From the UHGV virus genome UHGV-1374553: 18,173 bases of DNA, one strand, 5' to 3'. This DNA comes from a virus. The notes under the pieces were generated by a model. It had not been told where the DNA came from. It saw only the letters and a list, made by a program, of their open reading frames with translations, and ran no database searches. Both the position numbers and the translations under genes were made by a program. Position 1 is the first letter of the stretch. Each line of letters starts with the position of its first letter. Below, in pieces: positions 1 through 7,721 of this stretch.

Positions 1-234
1 AAATATACTTGGATTACAAATTAAAAAAATAACCGACCCCCGCCTCGATAAAATAATCAGAAAAGGAGCAATGTGGTTTAAGGGTTTGAATTTTAAAATG
101 CACTTACCATATTTATGTTTAGAGGTTTTGAATTTTTCATTAGGTTTGATATTTGATTTAGTAATTGAGTTTTATTATTTCCACTTGCGTTACGTCACTA
201 CTCGTGATATAATTTAGTTAACAATTTAAAGGAG
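1..234. repeat. Left inverted terminal repeat (ITR-L). It is the exact reverse complement of 17940-18173 and the terminus begins 5'-AAA.
   Basis: I compared the two ends block by block (1-63, 61-120, 121-180, 181-234 against the reverse complement of the right end). All blocks were identical. The identity breaks at 235 (a) versus 17939 (c, complement g). Confidence 0.9.
185..213 (+). promoter_or_regulatory. Inward-facing sigma-A-type promoter inside ITR-L. It has -35 TTGCGT (185-190), a 17-bp spacer, and a TG-extended -10 TGaTATAAT (205-213).
   Basis: The match to consensus is near-perfect (4/6 at -35, 6/6 at -10, plus the TG extension and optimal 17-bp spacing). The SD AAAGGAG at 228-234 follows immediately, with the first ORF just past the ITR. 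Confidence 0.55.
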
Positions 235-483
235 ATGTTAAATTTGAAACGTTATAGTATTAAAGGTAATTTTATATTCCCAGATTTAATTAAAGATGGA
301 ACGTATAAAAAATATATTGTTTGTCTTATGAATGATGTTCATTTAGATTTATATTCGTCATTCAATCTTATTCAACTAATTGGTGTATTAACTGAAAAAG
401 ATTTCAATATGATATATAATGAATACGGACAAAAAGAAATGATTTCGAGTAAACACATCGTTAAAATTAAGGAGGTAAAATAG
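235..483 (+). CDS. Hypothetical small protein (82 aa from ATG 235; the functional start may be TTG at 244, giving about 79 aa).
   Basis: The ORF sits directly downstream of the ITR promoter. The SD AAAGGAG ends at 234, abutting ATG 235 with zero spacing. The TTG at 244-246 has a 9-nt spacing, which is more plausible. No recognisable domain. Confidence 0.5.
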   Translation: MLNLKRYSIKGNFIFPDLIKDGTYKKYIVCLMNDVHLDLYSSFNLIQLIGVLTEKDFNMIYNEYGQKEMISSKHIVKIKEVK

Positions 484-484
484 C

Positions 485-781
485 ATGACATATAACGAAT
501 GGTTAGAAACTGAGGTAAGTAGATTGGAAAGAGGTAATAAAATATTATTGGATAAAGCTAATATTTTAGAAACAATACTCAACGAAGTACGCGACAATGA
601 ACTTGAAACAAGAGATAAAAATAAACAAATACTTAAATGGGCTTATTCCCTAGAAAAAGAAAACAAAGAATTAAAAGAAGAATTAAATACTTATACACCT
701 AACGAAGTATATAAAATTGTCAAAGAAAATAAACAACTTAAACAAGAATTATTTAATTTATATTTGAAACACTACAATTGA
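485..781 (+). CDS. Hypothetical coiled-coil protein (98 aa).
   Basis: SD AAGGAGG at 470-476 precedes ATG 485. The sequence is rich in K/E heptads. It is followed by an intrinsic terminator. Confidence 0.6.
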   Translation: MTYNEWLETEVSRLERGNKILLDKANILETILNEVRDNELETRDKNKQILKWAYSLEKENKELKEELNTYTPNEVYKIVKENKQLKQELFNLYLKHYN

Positions 782-809
782 CCACACTTTGTGTAGTCTT
801 TTTTATTTT
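771..809 (+). terminator. Rho-independent terminator after the two left-end genes.
   Basis: Stem ACTACA (771-776) pairs with TGTAGT (792-797), with an inner CACAC/GTGT pairing. It is followed by CTTTTTTATTTT (798-809). Confidence 0.55.
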
Positions 810-813
810 CCTA

Positions 814-822
814 TGATATAAT
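814..822 (+). promoter_or_regulatory. TG-extended -10 element (TGATATAAT) for the structural operon, within the recurring motif TATGATATAAT. There is no good -35.
   Basis: TATGATATAAT at 812-822. The same 11-mer recurs at 7658-7668 and 11263-11273. Upstream sequence is AT-rich and the 17-bp-upstream hexamer TAGTCT is a poor -35. Confidence 0.45.
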
Positions 823-960
823 TAATTTATCGGGTATACTTCACATTGATTTGCACAGTTTAAAATACCCTACTTCCTAACTCAAACACATTTTATATAA
901 TTTTGTTGGTTGTTTTATCGCAACCTTTTATTCGAAATTTAACGACATGGAGGTGTAACA

Positions 961-1293
961 ATGGCTGAACAAACAACAGAAGAAGAAAAAGTAACAACTG
1001 ATGTTACTGAAGACGAAAACTCTAAAGACGACACACAAGTAGAAACAGAAGAAACGCCAACAGAAACAACAACAGAAACTTCTAATACATCTAATACTTC
1101 CATGGATATGGTACAATTAGAACAACGTATTACATCTTTAGAACAACGATTATTATCGTTAGAAACACCTGCACCAACAGAAACACAAACAACTGAAACA
1201 TCAGACGACACTTCAGAAGAAACTTCTAATGGAGACGATACATCAGATTCTAACGAATCAACTGAAGACGTTAAAAAAATATTAGGTTTATAG
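961..1293 (+). CDS. Acidic coiled-coil head-assembly protein (110 aa). It sits in the phi29 gp7 scaffold position upstream of the capsid gene. A head-fibre or inner-core role is not excluded.
   Basis: SD GGAGGTG at 949-955. The protein is very acidic and T/E-rich with a LEQRITSLEQRLLSLE heptad segment. It lies two genes upstream of the major capsid gene. Confidence 0.4.
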   Translation: MAEQTTEEEKVTTDVTEDENSKDDTQVETEETPTETTTETSNTSNTSMDMVQLEQRITSLEQRLLSLETPAPTETQTTETSDDTSEETSNGDDTSDSNESTEDVKKILGL

Positions 1294-1305
1294 GAGGTAT
1301 ACGAC

Positions 1306-1494
1306 ATGGGTCTATATCAAGGTAAAAACATGCGTGGCATGACGCAGGAACATTTCGCTGACTCTAAATTAAATAAGTCACGCGAACTTAATTCAGGCAT
1401 GAGCATTGACACTTCTAAATCAGAAGACAGTTACGGTAATCAAGTTCATTCCCTATCAAAACAATCATATTCAAACGACGCAGAGGAGGTTTAA
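1306..1494 (+). CDS. Hypothetical hydrophilic small protein (62 aa) between the scaffold-like gene and the capsid gene.
   Basis: SD AGGAGG sits 8 nt before ATG 1306. The ORF is tightly packed, with its stop 3 nt before the capsid-gene ATG. Ser-rich, no motif. Confidence 0.45.
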   Translation: MGLYQGKNMRGMTQEHFADSKLNKSRELNSGMSIDTSKSEDSYGNQVHSLSKQSYSNDAEEV

Positions 1495-1497
1495 CAA

Positions 1498-2691
1498 ATG
1501 GCTATTGCAGACATTATTGCTGACAAATCAAAATCAGCGCTACAAGACTTTAACCATGACCACGGTAAAGCATGGAAATGGGGAGAAAATTGGACTAATG
1601 TTGATACAATGTTTGAAACATTTATTAACAAATACTTATTCCCAAAAATTAATGAAACATTACTTATTGACATAGCTTTAGGTAACCGTTTTAACTGGTT
1701 AGCAGAAGAAGACCCTTATATAGGTCAATATTCAGAAGAATATGTTATTATGGATACTGTACCAGTCGCTATGAACTTAGGTAAAGATGAAGAATTAATG
1801 CTAAAACGTAATTATCCACGTATGGCAACACGTCTTTACGGTGCTGGATTTGTTAAAAAACAAAAATTTACATTAAATAATAACGATGCACGTTTTAACT
1901 TTAAAGACTTAGGCGACGCTACCAACTATGCCCTAGCTGTATTGAAGAAAAAGATTTCAGATATTAACGTAGAAGAAGAAAAAGAGATACGTGCTATGGT
2001 TGTAGACTATGCTATTAACCAATTATCTGATTCTAATATTCGTTACGCTACATCACAAGAAGATTTAGCAAGCAAAGTATTTGAAGCTGTATTGAATATG
2101 CAAAATAACAGTGACAAATACAATGAAGCTAATACTGCTTCAGGTGGGTCAATTGGTCGTTACACAACAGTTTCTAAATTGTCCGATATTGCTATTTTGA
2201 CAACAGATAGTATTAAATCATTCTTATTAGATACAAAAATTGCTAACACATTCCAAGCATCAGGTATTGACTTTACAGACCATGTAATTAGCTTTGACGA
2301 CTTAGGCGGTGTGTACAAAACAACTACCGATGTTACATTAGCAGAAAATGACACAATCACTTACTTACGTGGTTTCGGGGATTACCAAGCACAAATCGGT
2401 GACATTATCCCTGAGGGTACAACGTTTACGTTTGACATTTCAGAACAAACTGAATTTGTTGGTAATGTAACCGAGGTTAAACCTGATAGTGACTTGTTCG
2501 CTTTCATCTTTGACATTAACGCATTGAAATACAAACGTAATACGAATGGTATGCTTAAAAAACCATTCTACAATGGAGAATTTGACGAGGTCACTCATTG
2601 GATTCATTATTACAGTTTCAAATCTGTTTCTCCATTCTTTAACAAAATTTTAATCACTTCTGAGCCTGATGAAGAGGAACTAGAAGAATAA
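1498..2691 (+). CDS. Major capsid (head) protein (397 aa).
   Basis: SD GAGGAGG precedes ATG 1498. Size and position, after the scaffold-like gene and before the connector, match phi29-like and 44AHJD-like head gene order. The sequence resembles the 44AHJD/P68 major head protein. Confidence 0.75.
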   Translation: MAIADIIADKSKSALQDFNHDHGKAWKWGENWTNVDTMFETFINKYLFPKINETLLIDIALGNRFNWLAEEDPYIGQYSEEYVIMDTVPVAMNLGKDEELMLKRNYPRMATRLYGAGFVKKQKFTLNNNDARFNFKDLGDATNYALAVLKKKISDINVEEEKEIRAMVVDYAINQLSDSNIRYATSQEDLASKVFEAVLNMQNNSDKYNEANTASGGSIGRYTTVSKLSDIAILTTDSIKSFLLDTKIANTFQASGIDFTDHVISFDDLGGVYKTTTDVTLAENDTITYLRGFGDYQAQIGDIIPEGTTFTFDISEQTEFVGNVTEVKPDSDLFAFIFDINALKYKRNTNGMLKKPFYNGEFDEVTHWIHYYSFKSVSPFFNKILITSEPDEEELEE

Positions 2692-2709
2692 CTTTAAAGG
2701 AGCGTTAAC

Positions 2710-3708
2710 ATGACAAATCTATCACATTCAAATAGTGAACATGTTGGCGTTGAAACAGAGTTATCTGAAGACATAAGCCTGCGTGTTATCGAACATAGAA
2801 ATCGATTCCGTAGGCTTATTTTTAATCGTTATTTAGAATTTCTCCCCCTACTGATTAACTATACAAATAAACGTAGTGTGGGCATTGATTTCTTACAATT
2901 AGAAACTGCCCTACGTCAAGGTTATCAAGTTGTTGTCGGTAAGGCTAGAAATGACCAAATTATGATTCTAGGTTATATCGAGAATAACCATTATAAAAAC
3001 AGTGGAGATTTTCTTAATAACTTTAACTTTGCTTTTGAACGCCGTTTGAATGAAAAAGACATACGCTTTACAATACCTAAATACTTACGCCCTGATTACG
3101 CATTAGAAATACAACATTATGACAATTGTAAGTCGGGAGATTTCATTGTTATGCGTAATAAACCCGTGACACTTAATAACGATTACGCGATTATTTCACA
3201 TTATTGTGATGAACTTGCTGAAATTATATTAAGTCGTTTTTCACTTATTATGCAGTCAAAATTCGCTAAAATATTTAAATCAGAAGTTAACGATGAAACC
3301 ATTAATCAGTTCATAACGCAACTGTTCAATGGCTCCCCTTTCATTAAAGTCAGTGGGTTATTTGATGCAGAAGAGGACATTATAGACTTAGCAAGTGATT
3401 ACGTTAACAATGCACTCGTTGAAATGAAACGAGAATATCAAAACAAAATAAGTGAACTATCTAACTTCTTAGGTGTTAACTCTTTAGCAGTTGATAAAGA
3501 AAGCGGTGTGAGTGATACAGAAGCAAAAAGTAACCGTTCATTTACAACGTCTAACTCAAACATTTATTTAAGAGGTCGTGAAAGTATAGAAATGTTAAAC
3601 CAACGTTTCGGGTTAGAATTACACCCTTATTACGATGATGAAGCAACATCACAAGTCGATATTCAAAACATGGCTACTGACAACTACGGAGGTGGTACAA
3701 GTGGCTAG
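2710..3708 (+). CDS. Portal / upper collar (connector) protein (332 aa).
   Basis: SD AAAGGAG precedes ATG 2710. Size and position match the 44AHJD-like order capsid, upper collar, lower collar, tail fibre. Confidence 0.6.
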   Translation: MTNLSHSNSEHVGVETELSEDISLRVIEHRNRFRRLIFNRYLEFLPLLINYTNKRSVGIDFLQLETALRQGYQVVVGKARNDQIMILGYIENNHYKNSGDFLNNFNFAFERRLNEKDIRFTIPKYLRPDYALEIQHYDNCKSGDFIVMRNKPVTLNNDYAIISHYCDELAEIILSRFSLIMQSKFAKIFKSEVNDETINQFITQLFNGSPFIKVSGLFDAEEDIIDLASDYVNNALVEMKREYQNKISELSNFLGVNSLAVDKESGVSDTEAKSNRSFTTSNSNIYLRGRESIEMLNQRFGLELHPYYDDEATSQVDIQNMATDNYGGGTSG

Positions 3709-4489
3709 ATATACAACAACCTTATTTGAAATCATTGAGAGTGAATTAGATAGAAAAGGATTTAATGAATTTGTTAATAACGGACAATTAACCATTGATA
3801 ACTTTGATTATCAATTCATTCAAAAAGTGATGCGTTTTGACGATGATGTTAAAAAAATCGTAGACGAAACCTTTTTTAAAGGATTTCACTTTACAGACGA
3901 ACATATTGACCGTTATTTTAAACAATCATTTGTTACACGTTTCTTAGATAGAGAGATTAGCAGGCAAACGGTAGAAGCTTTTGCATCACAGTTATTGTTC
4001 TATACCATTGCTCGTGAGGACTATATTTATACTGTATTCGGTAATGAAATGTATAAATACTTAGAAAACCACGTGGACTTTAACAGTGATGTGATTGGTA
4101 ATATGATTTCAGAAGAAACGTCAGAAAACACGAATAATGAAACGTCTAATAGTGACCGTAATACAACACGTAATTCAACAACTGATAATCGTGAACTATC
4201 TTCCACCCTTCCTCAATCAGAAATCAACTTAAATGTTGATAATGATGTATTAACTTATGGGGATGATAATACAATATCTAAAAATAAAAACAATGGTACA
4301 GACAAGGAACAATCAAATAGTGACCGTGAAAGTAAAGGCAATGCTTCGAAAAACGGCACACAAGATACAACAGGAAATACAAAATCATTAACAAAAACAT
4401 ATCTATTGGAAAATCTTGAAAAACTTTACTCAATGCGTGAACGTTTATTCGATGATTATGATAAAAAATTGTTTTTACAAATATGGTAA
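3701..4489 (+). CDS. Lower collar protein (263 aa from GTG 3701; the ORF-track ATG at 3635 overlaps the upstream gene by 74 nt). It has an N/S/T/D-rich low-complexity C-terminal region.
   Basis: GGAGGTGG at 3688-3695 lies 8 nt before GTG 3701, which overlaps the stop of the previous gene. The position matches the lower-collar slot. Confidence 0.55.
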   Translation: MARYTTTLFEIIESELDRKGFNEFVNNGQLTIDNFDYQFIQKVMRFDDDVKKIVDETFFKGFHFTDEHIDRYFKQSFVTRFLDREISRQTVEAFASQLLFYTIAREDYIYTVFGNEMYKYLENHVDFNSDVIGNMISEETSENTNNETSNSDRNTTRNSTTDNRELSSTLPQSEINLNVDNDVLTYGDDNTISKNKNNGTDKEQSNSDRESKGNASKNGTQDTTGNTKSLTKTYLLENLEKLYSMRERLFDDYDKKLFLQIW

Positions 4490-4503
4490 TGGAGTGATAA
4501 ACA

Positions 4504-6375
4504 ATGGCAGAAGAATTTAAACCACTAGGAAATATTGAAAGTTTTTTAAACAATATATATAAAGGTAAAAAAGAATATACACCTTTTTATTCTGACAAAG
4601 CAGATTATAATACAAACGCACCTAGTTATTATGATGATTTAGCAAGAAAATCTAAACTAATAGAAATATTAGCACATAGAATATGGGATTATGATGAAGA
4701 ATTAAGAAAAAGATTTAAAGAATGGGATGAATTAATAAAACAATTCCCGTTAATTGCGGAAGCATTATTTAGAGAATGGTTACGCAATGGAACAATTGAA
4801 AAAATTATACGTGAAGAACTTGAAGATTTTAAAGATGAAGTAAGAGATTTAATTAAAGATATTGACGATTACATCAATGGTTTTGATTTAAGAAAACTAG
4901 AACCTATTTTTATTAATGGTATTAGTGGTGTAAGAAATGCTGTTAACCAATGTTTTGCTATTGATTATGAAACGAATCACATATATACTACACAATCAGA
5001 TAGTAAAAGTCCAGAAGGTTTTCATATAAGTAAATTAACGCCTAGTGGTCATTTATTATCTACGATGTGGATAGAACAAGGTGGTCATGGTACCAACTTT
5101 GGTATTGATAGAATGACAAACGGAGAACTAAAAATTTGGTTTTATCATAGTGGTATATCTAAATTAGTTTTTATACCTTATAGAGATAATACTTCTTTAA
5201 CTTTAGATAATGCTAAAGAATTAAAAGATTTAACACCAAATAGTTTAAAAGAAACAGGTTTTGCTGTAACAATTGACCAAGAGTATGATAAATTAGTAGT
5301 AAGACATTTTGATGCTAGGATTGAAATAAGAAGTCGTAAAGACATTATTAATGGTATCGATAAAATAGAAAAAGAAATACAGGTAGACCCTAACGAAAAT
5401 AATGATGATAGACCAATGCAAGGATTAGCTGTTAATGGTAACGATTTATACTGGCAAAGTGGTTGGGGAGATTTATCAAGTCCAACTAAAGTTATAAAAT
5501 ATAACTTATCTACTGGAGAGGAAGAATATACTAGGGTTGTTGATCATTTACCATTGCAAAGAGGTAACGACGACCCTTATGACGCATACAGGGAACCAGA
5601 AGGATTATTTTTACATGTAAATCCATATAATAAAAAACAAACATTATTAATGGTTTACACTACAGGAGGTTTGGGTAAACGTTATAATGTCATGTATGGA
5701 TTTGTACAAACAGGTGCTATGAACCATTGGAACTCAATGACACAACTGGGGTCTCAAAATTATAAATTAACCAAAGATGACGGACGTGCATTGTCTGCGT
5801 TAGATACTTATACATCATTAAATGATTTTACCAACCCAGGTTGGTACTACTTAACAGGTGCCGAAGCTGATAAAATGGAAGACATGCCTTATCCTACACA
5901 AGGAGCTGGGTGGTGGGTATTTGTTTCACCTTATCACCAAAACTTTGGTTTTGTACAAACAGTTAAAAGAGCTTCAGGGGCAAGAAAAATAATTTCTTTT
6001 TCACGTTCTGGTAATAGAGATAGGTTTACAGGTGAATTTAGTTATGGAATTTGGACGGTTAATACTACTAATAGTCATCATCAAGAATATTTAAATAATG
6101 ATGATTGGAATGATTTATTATCAAATGTTACTGTTCCGGGAGAGTATTATATGACAGAAGCCACTACTTTAAGATTTAATGATGTTCCAGAAGATTTTAA
6201 AGAAGTAGGTTGTTGGCTAAATATAACATCTGGTAATAATGGTGGACAAATTAGGCAAGAGTTAAAATCTAATTCATCTCAATATTTAGATATGGCTTAT
6301 AGGAACGTTCAAGTAGATACAAACAAACCAACACATGATTGGAATGTTTATAGATTATTTGATATAAATAATTAG
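4504..6375 (+). CDS. Tail fibre / receptor-binding protein (623 aa).
   Basis: SD GGAGTG precedes ATG 4504. A large protein following the collar genes, with a helical N-terminus and a G/W/Y-rich C-terminal half suggesting a beta-propeller. This corresponds to the tail-fibre slot of P68-like phages. Confidence 0.6.
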   Translation: MAEEFKPLGNIESFLNNIYKGKKEYTPFYSDKADYNTNAPSYYDDLARKSKLIEILAHRIWDYDEELRKRFKEWDELIKQFPLIAEALFREWLRNGTIEKIIREELEDFKDEVRDLIKDIDDYINGFDLRKLEPIFINGISGVRNAVNQCFAIDYETNHIYTTQSDSKSPEGFHISKLTPSGHLLSTMWIEQGGHGTNFGIDRMTNGELKIWFYHSGISKLVFIPYRDNTSLTLDNAKELKDLTPNSLKETGFAVTIDQEYDKLVVRHFDARIEIRSRKDIINGIDKIEKEIQVDPNENNDDRPMQGLAVNGNDLYWQSGWGDLSSPTKVIKYNLSTGEEEYTRVVDHLPLQRGNDDPYDAYREPEGLFLHVNPYNKKQTLLMVYTTGGLGKRYNVMYGFVQTGAMNHWNSMTQLGSQNYKLTKDDGRALSALDTYTSLNDFTNPGWYYLTGAEADKMEDMPYPTQGAGWWVFVSPYHQNFGFVQTVKRASGARKIISFSRSGNRDRFTGEFSYGIWTVNTTNSHHQEYLNNDDWNDLLSNVTVPGEYYMTEATTLRFNDVPEDFKEVGCWLNITSGNNGGQIRQELKSNSSQYLDMAYRNVQVDTNKPTHDWNVYRLFDINN

Positions 6376-6386
6376 GAGGTAAAATC

Positions 6387-7184
6387 ATGGTCAAGATTGA
6401 AAAGAATTTAAGTTATAACAACAATTATTATCCTGAAACCAATCAAAGAAAGTACATTACTATTCACGAAACTGCAAATACGGGTGTCGGCGCAAATGCC
6501 GATGCTCATGCTAATTTCATTAATAATGGCTCAGGGGAAACATGGCATTATTCGGTTGATGACACGAAAACCGTACAACACTACTTGCATACAACATCTT
6601 GCTGGCATGCTGGCACGTATAACGGTAATGTTCAAAGTATTGGGATAGAAATGTGCGTGAACAGTGACGGTAACTACAAAAAAACACTTCAAAACACAAT
6701 TGAGTTAGTTAAAAAACTGATGAAAGAGTTAAATATTTCAGCTAGCAACGTTGTCCAACATAACTTTTGGAGTGGTAAAAACTGTCCTACCTTACTTAGA
6801 CAAGGCACACACGGTATGAATTGGGAACAATTTATTGCAGGGGTTAAAGGAAAATCAACAGAAAGTGCTAAACCGAGTAAGAAAGAAGTGCCAAAAGGTT
6901 GGGATGATGTTAATAAACACGGCACTATATGGAAAAAAGAAAAAGCTACCTTTGTTGTAGGTAGTGAAAAAATAGAAACACGTATAGGGGCACCCTTTAG
7001 AAGTGTTAAAAGTGGTGGTTTTGTAAAACCTAAACAAGAAATTAAATATGATTATGTTTGCCTACAAGACGGGCATGTTTGGATACAACTAGAAAACAAC
7101 AAAGGTCAACAAGAATTTGTACCTGTTAGAACATGGAACAGTGAAACGGGTAAAGTAGGCAAGACATGGGGTGAATTTAAATGA
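6387..7184 (+). CDS. Endolysin: N-acetylmuramoyl-L-alanine amidase (Amidase_2/PGRP fold) plus a C-terminal SH3b cell-wall-binding domain (265 aa).
   Basis: SD AGGAGG precedes ATG 6387. Zn-ligand pattern HETAN...H...NCPT is typical of T7-lysozyme-type amidases. The C-terminal 100 aa (GWDDVNKHGTIW...APFRSV...DGHVWI...VPVRTWN...WGEFK) closely resemble the LysK/phi11/lysostaphin SH3b domain. Confidence 0.85.
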   Translation: MVKIEKNLSYNNNYYPETNQRKYITIHETANTGVGANADAHANFINNGSGETWHYSVDDTKTVQHYLHTTSCWHAGTYNGNVQSIGIEMCVNSDGNYKKTLQNTIELVKKLMKELNISASNVVQHNFWSGKNCPTLLRQGTHGMNWEQFIAGVKGKSTESAKPSKKEVPKGWDDVNKHGTIWKKEKATFVVGSEKIETRIGAPFRSVKSGGFVKPKQEIKYDYVCLQDGHVWIQLENNKGQQEFVPVRTWNSETGKVGKTWGEFK

Positions 7185-7240
7185 TAAAGAAACTTAAAAA
7201 TTTATTAGTAGCAGGATTTAGAATCATCATACGTTGGTAA
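7181..7240 (+). CDS. Possible 19-aa micro-ORF (MIKKLKNLLVAGFRIIIRW) joined to the endolysin stop by an ATGA overlap.
   Basis: ATG 7181-7183 overlaps TGA 7182-7184 of the endolysin. The peptide is amphipathic and hydrophobic. There is no independent SD, so this is speculative. Confidence 0.15.
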   Translation: MIKKLKNLLVAGFRIIIRW

Positions 7241-7262
7241 TCAAAATATAGGAGGAATATAT

Positions 7263-7610
7263 ATGAGTAGTAGATTTACTAGAAATTTATCAGAGGTAAA
7301 AGACGTTAATAAGTTAGCGCAACATGTAACAACACAAAATGACTTAGTTCAAACAACTGAGGGCGATGTATTTGTTGTCACTAAAAATGGTTTCCAAAAA
7401 ATAACAGGTGGGGTTGATAGTGGAGAATTAGATACTATCAAAGATGATGTAGATAAATCAAAATCAGACATTACTAATATAAAATCTGAACAAACAAAAG
7501 TTAAAAATCGTGTTACTGAATTAGAAACGTTTAAAGATAAACAGGATACAAAAAACAGTGAATTAGATAAAACGATTGAAGATTTAACGTCACGTATTGA
7601 AGCATTATAA
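7263..7610 (+). CDS. Hypothetical protein with a C-terminal coiled coil (115 aa), possibly a minor structural or tail-associated protein.
   Basis: SD GGAGG lies 7 nt before ATG 7263. Heptad-rich C-terminus. It lies between the endolysin and the tail knob. Confidence 0.5.
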   Translation: MSSRFTRNLSEVKDVNKLAQHVTTQNDLVQTTEGDVFVVTKNGFQKITGGVDSGELDTIKDDVDKSKSDITNIKSEQTKVKNRVTELETFKDKQDTKNSELDKTIEDLTSRIEAL

Positions 7611-7659
7611 AACCCAACTGATGACATTGAAAATGAAGAACCAACAGAATAAATAATTA

Positions 7660-7668
7660 TGATATAAT
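7660..7668 (+). promoter_or_regulatory. Second copy of the TG-extended -10 (TGATATAAT) within TATGATATAAT, upstream of the tail-knob gene.
   Basis: Exact 11-mer TATGATATAAT at 7658-7668 with an AT-rich upstream region. Confidence 0.4.
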
Positions 7669-7672
7669 AAGT

Positions 7673-7700
7673 ACATACAGTTTGTATGTGCTTATTTTAT
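7673..7700 (+). terminator. Hairpin (ACATACA-GTT-TGTATGT) plus a T-rich tract immediately after the -10 element. It could be a partial terminator for the upstream genes or a 5'-end stem-loop of the tail-knob transcript.
   Basis: Perfect 7-bp stem at 7673-7679 / 7683-7689 with a 3-nt loop, followed by GCTTATTTTAT. Confidence 0.3.
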
Positions 7701-7721
7701 ATATATATAGGAGGTTAAACA

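Noticed and set aside
71-217. 48-aa ORF (MWFKGLNFKMHLPYL...) lying entirely inside the ITR, preceded by AAAAGGAG.
   Set aside because: SD-to-ATG spacing is only 2 nt. The ORF runs through the iterons and the promoter, so it would be duplicated in both ITRs. More likely chance. Worth a glance in ribosome profiling only.
939-1307. 122-aa minus-strand ORF (and the 62-aa ORF at 928-1116) antisense to the acidic scaffold-like gene.
   Set aside because: It is the mirror image of a T/E-rich low-complexity coding region, which yields S/V-rich antisense frames. It has no SD and lies on the non-coding strand of a tightly packed plus-strand operon.
1406-1675. 89-aa plus-strand ORF overlapping the end of the 62-aa gene and the capsid gene start out of frame; also the minus-strand 60-aa ORF at 1491-1673.
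   Set aside because: No SD. It is nested out of frame within well-supported genes, as expected by chance in AT-rich DNA.
4278-4553. 91-aa minus-strand ORF antisense to the lower-collar C-terminus and tail-fibre start.
   Set aside because: Antisense to coding sequence with no SD. Likely spurious.
6900-7184. Search for a holin embedded out of frame in the 3' end of the endolysin gene (P68-type arrangement).
   Set aside because: I checked all ATGs in the other two frames. None opens an ORF longer than 20 codons and none encodes TM segments.
7349-7627. 92-aa minus-strand ORF antisense to the 115-aa coiled-coil gene.
   Set aside because: Antisense frame of a repetitive coiled-coil gene with no translation signals.
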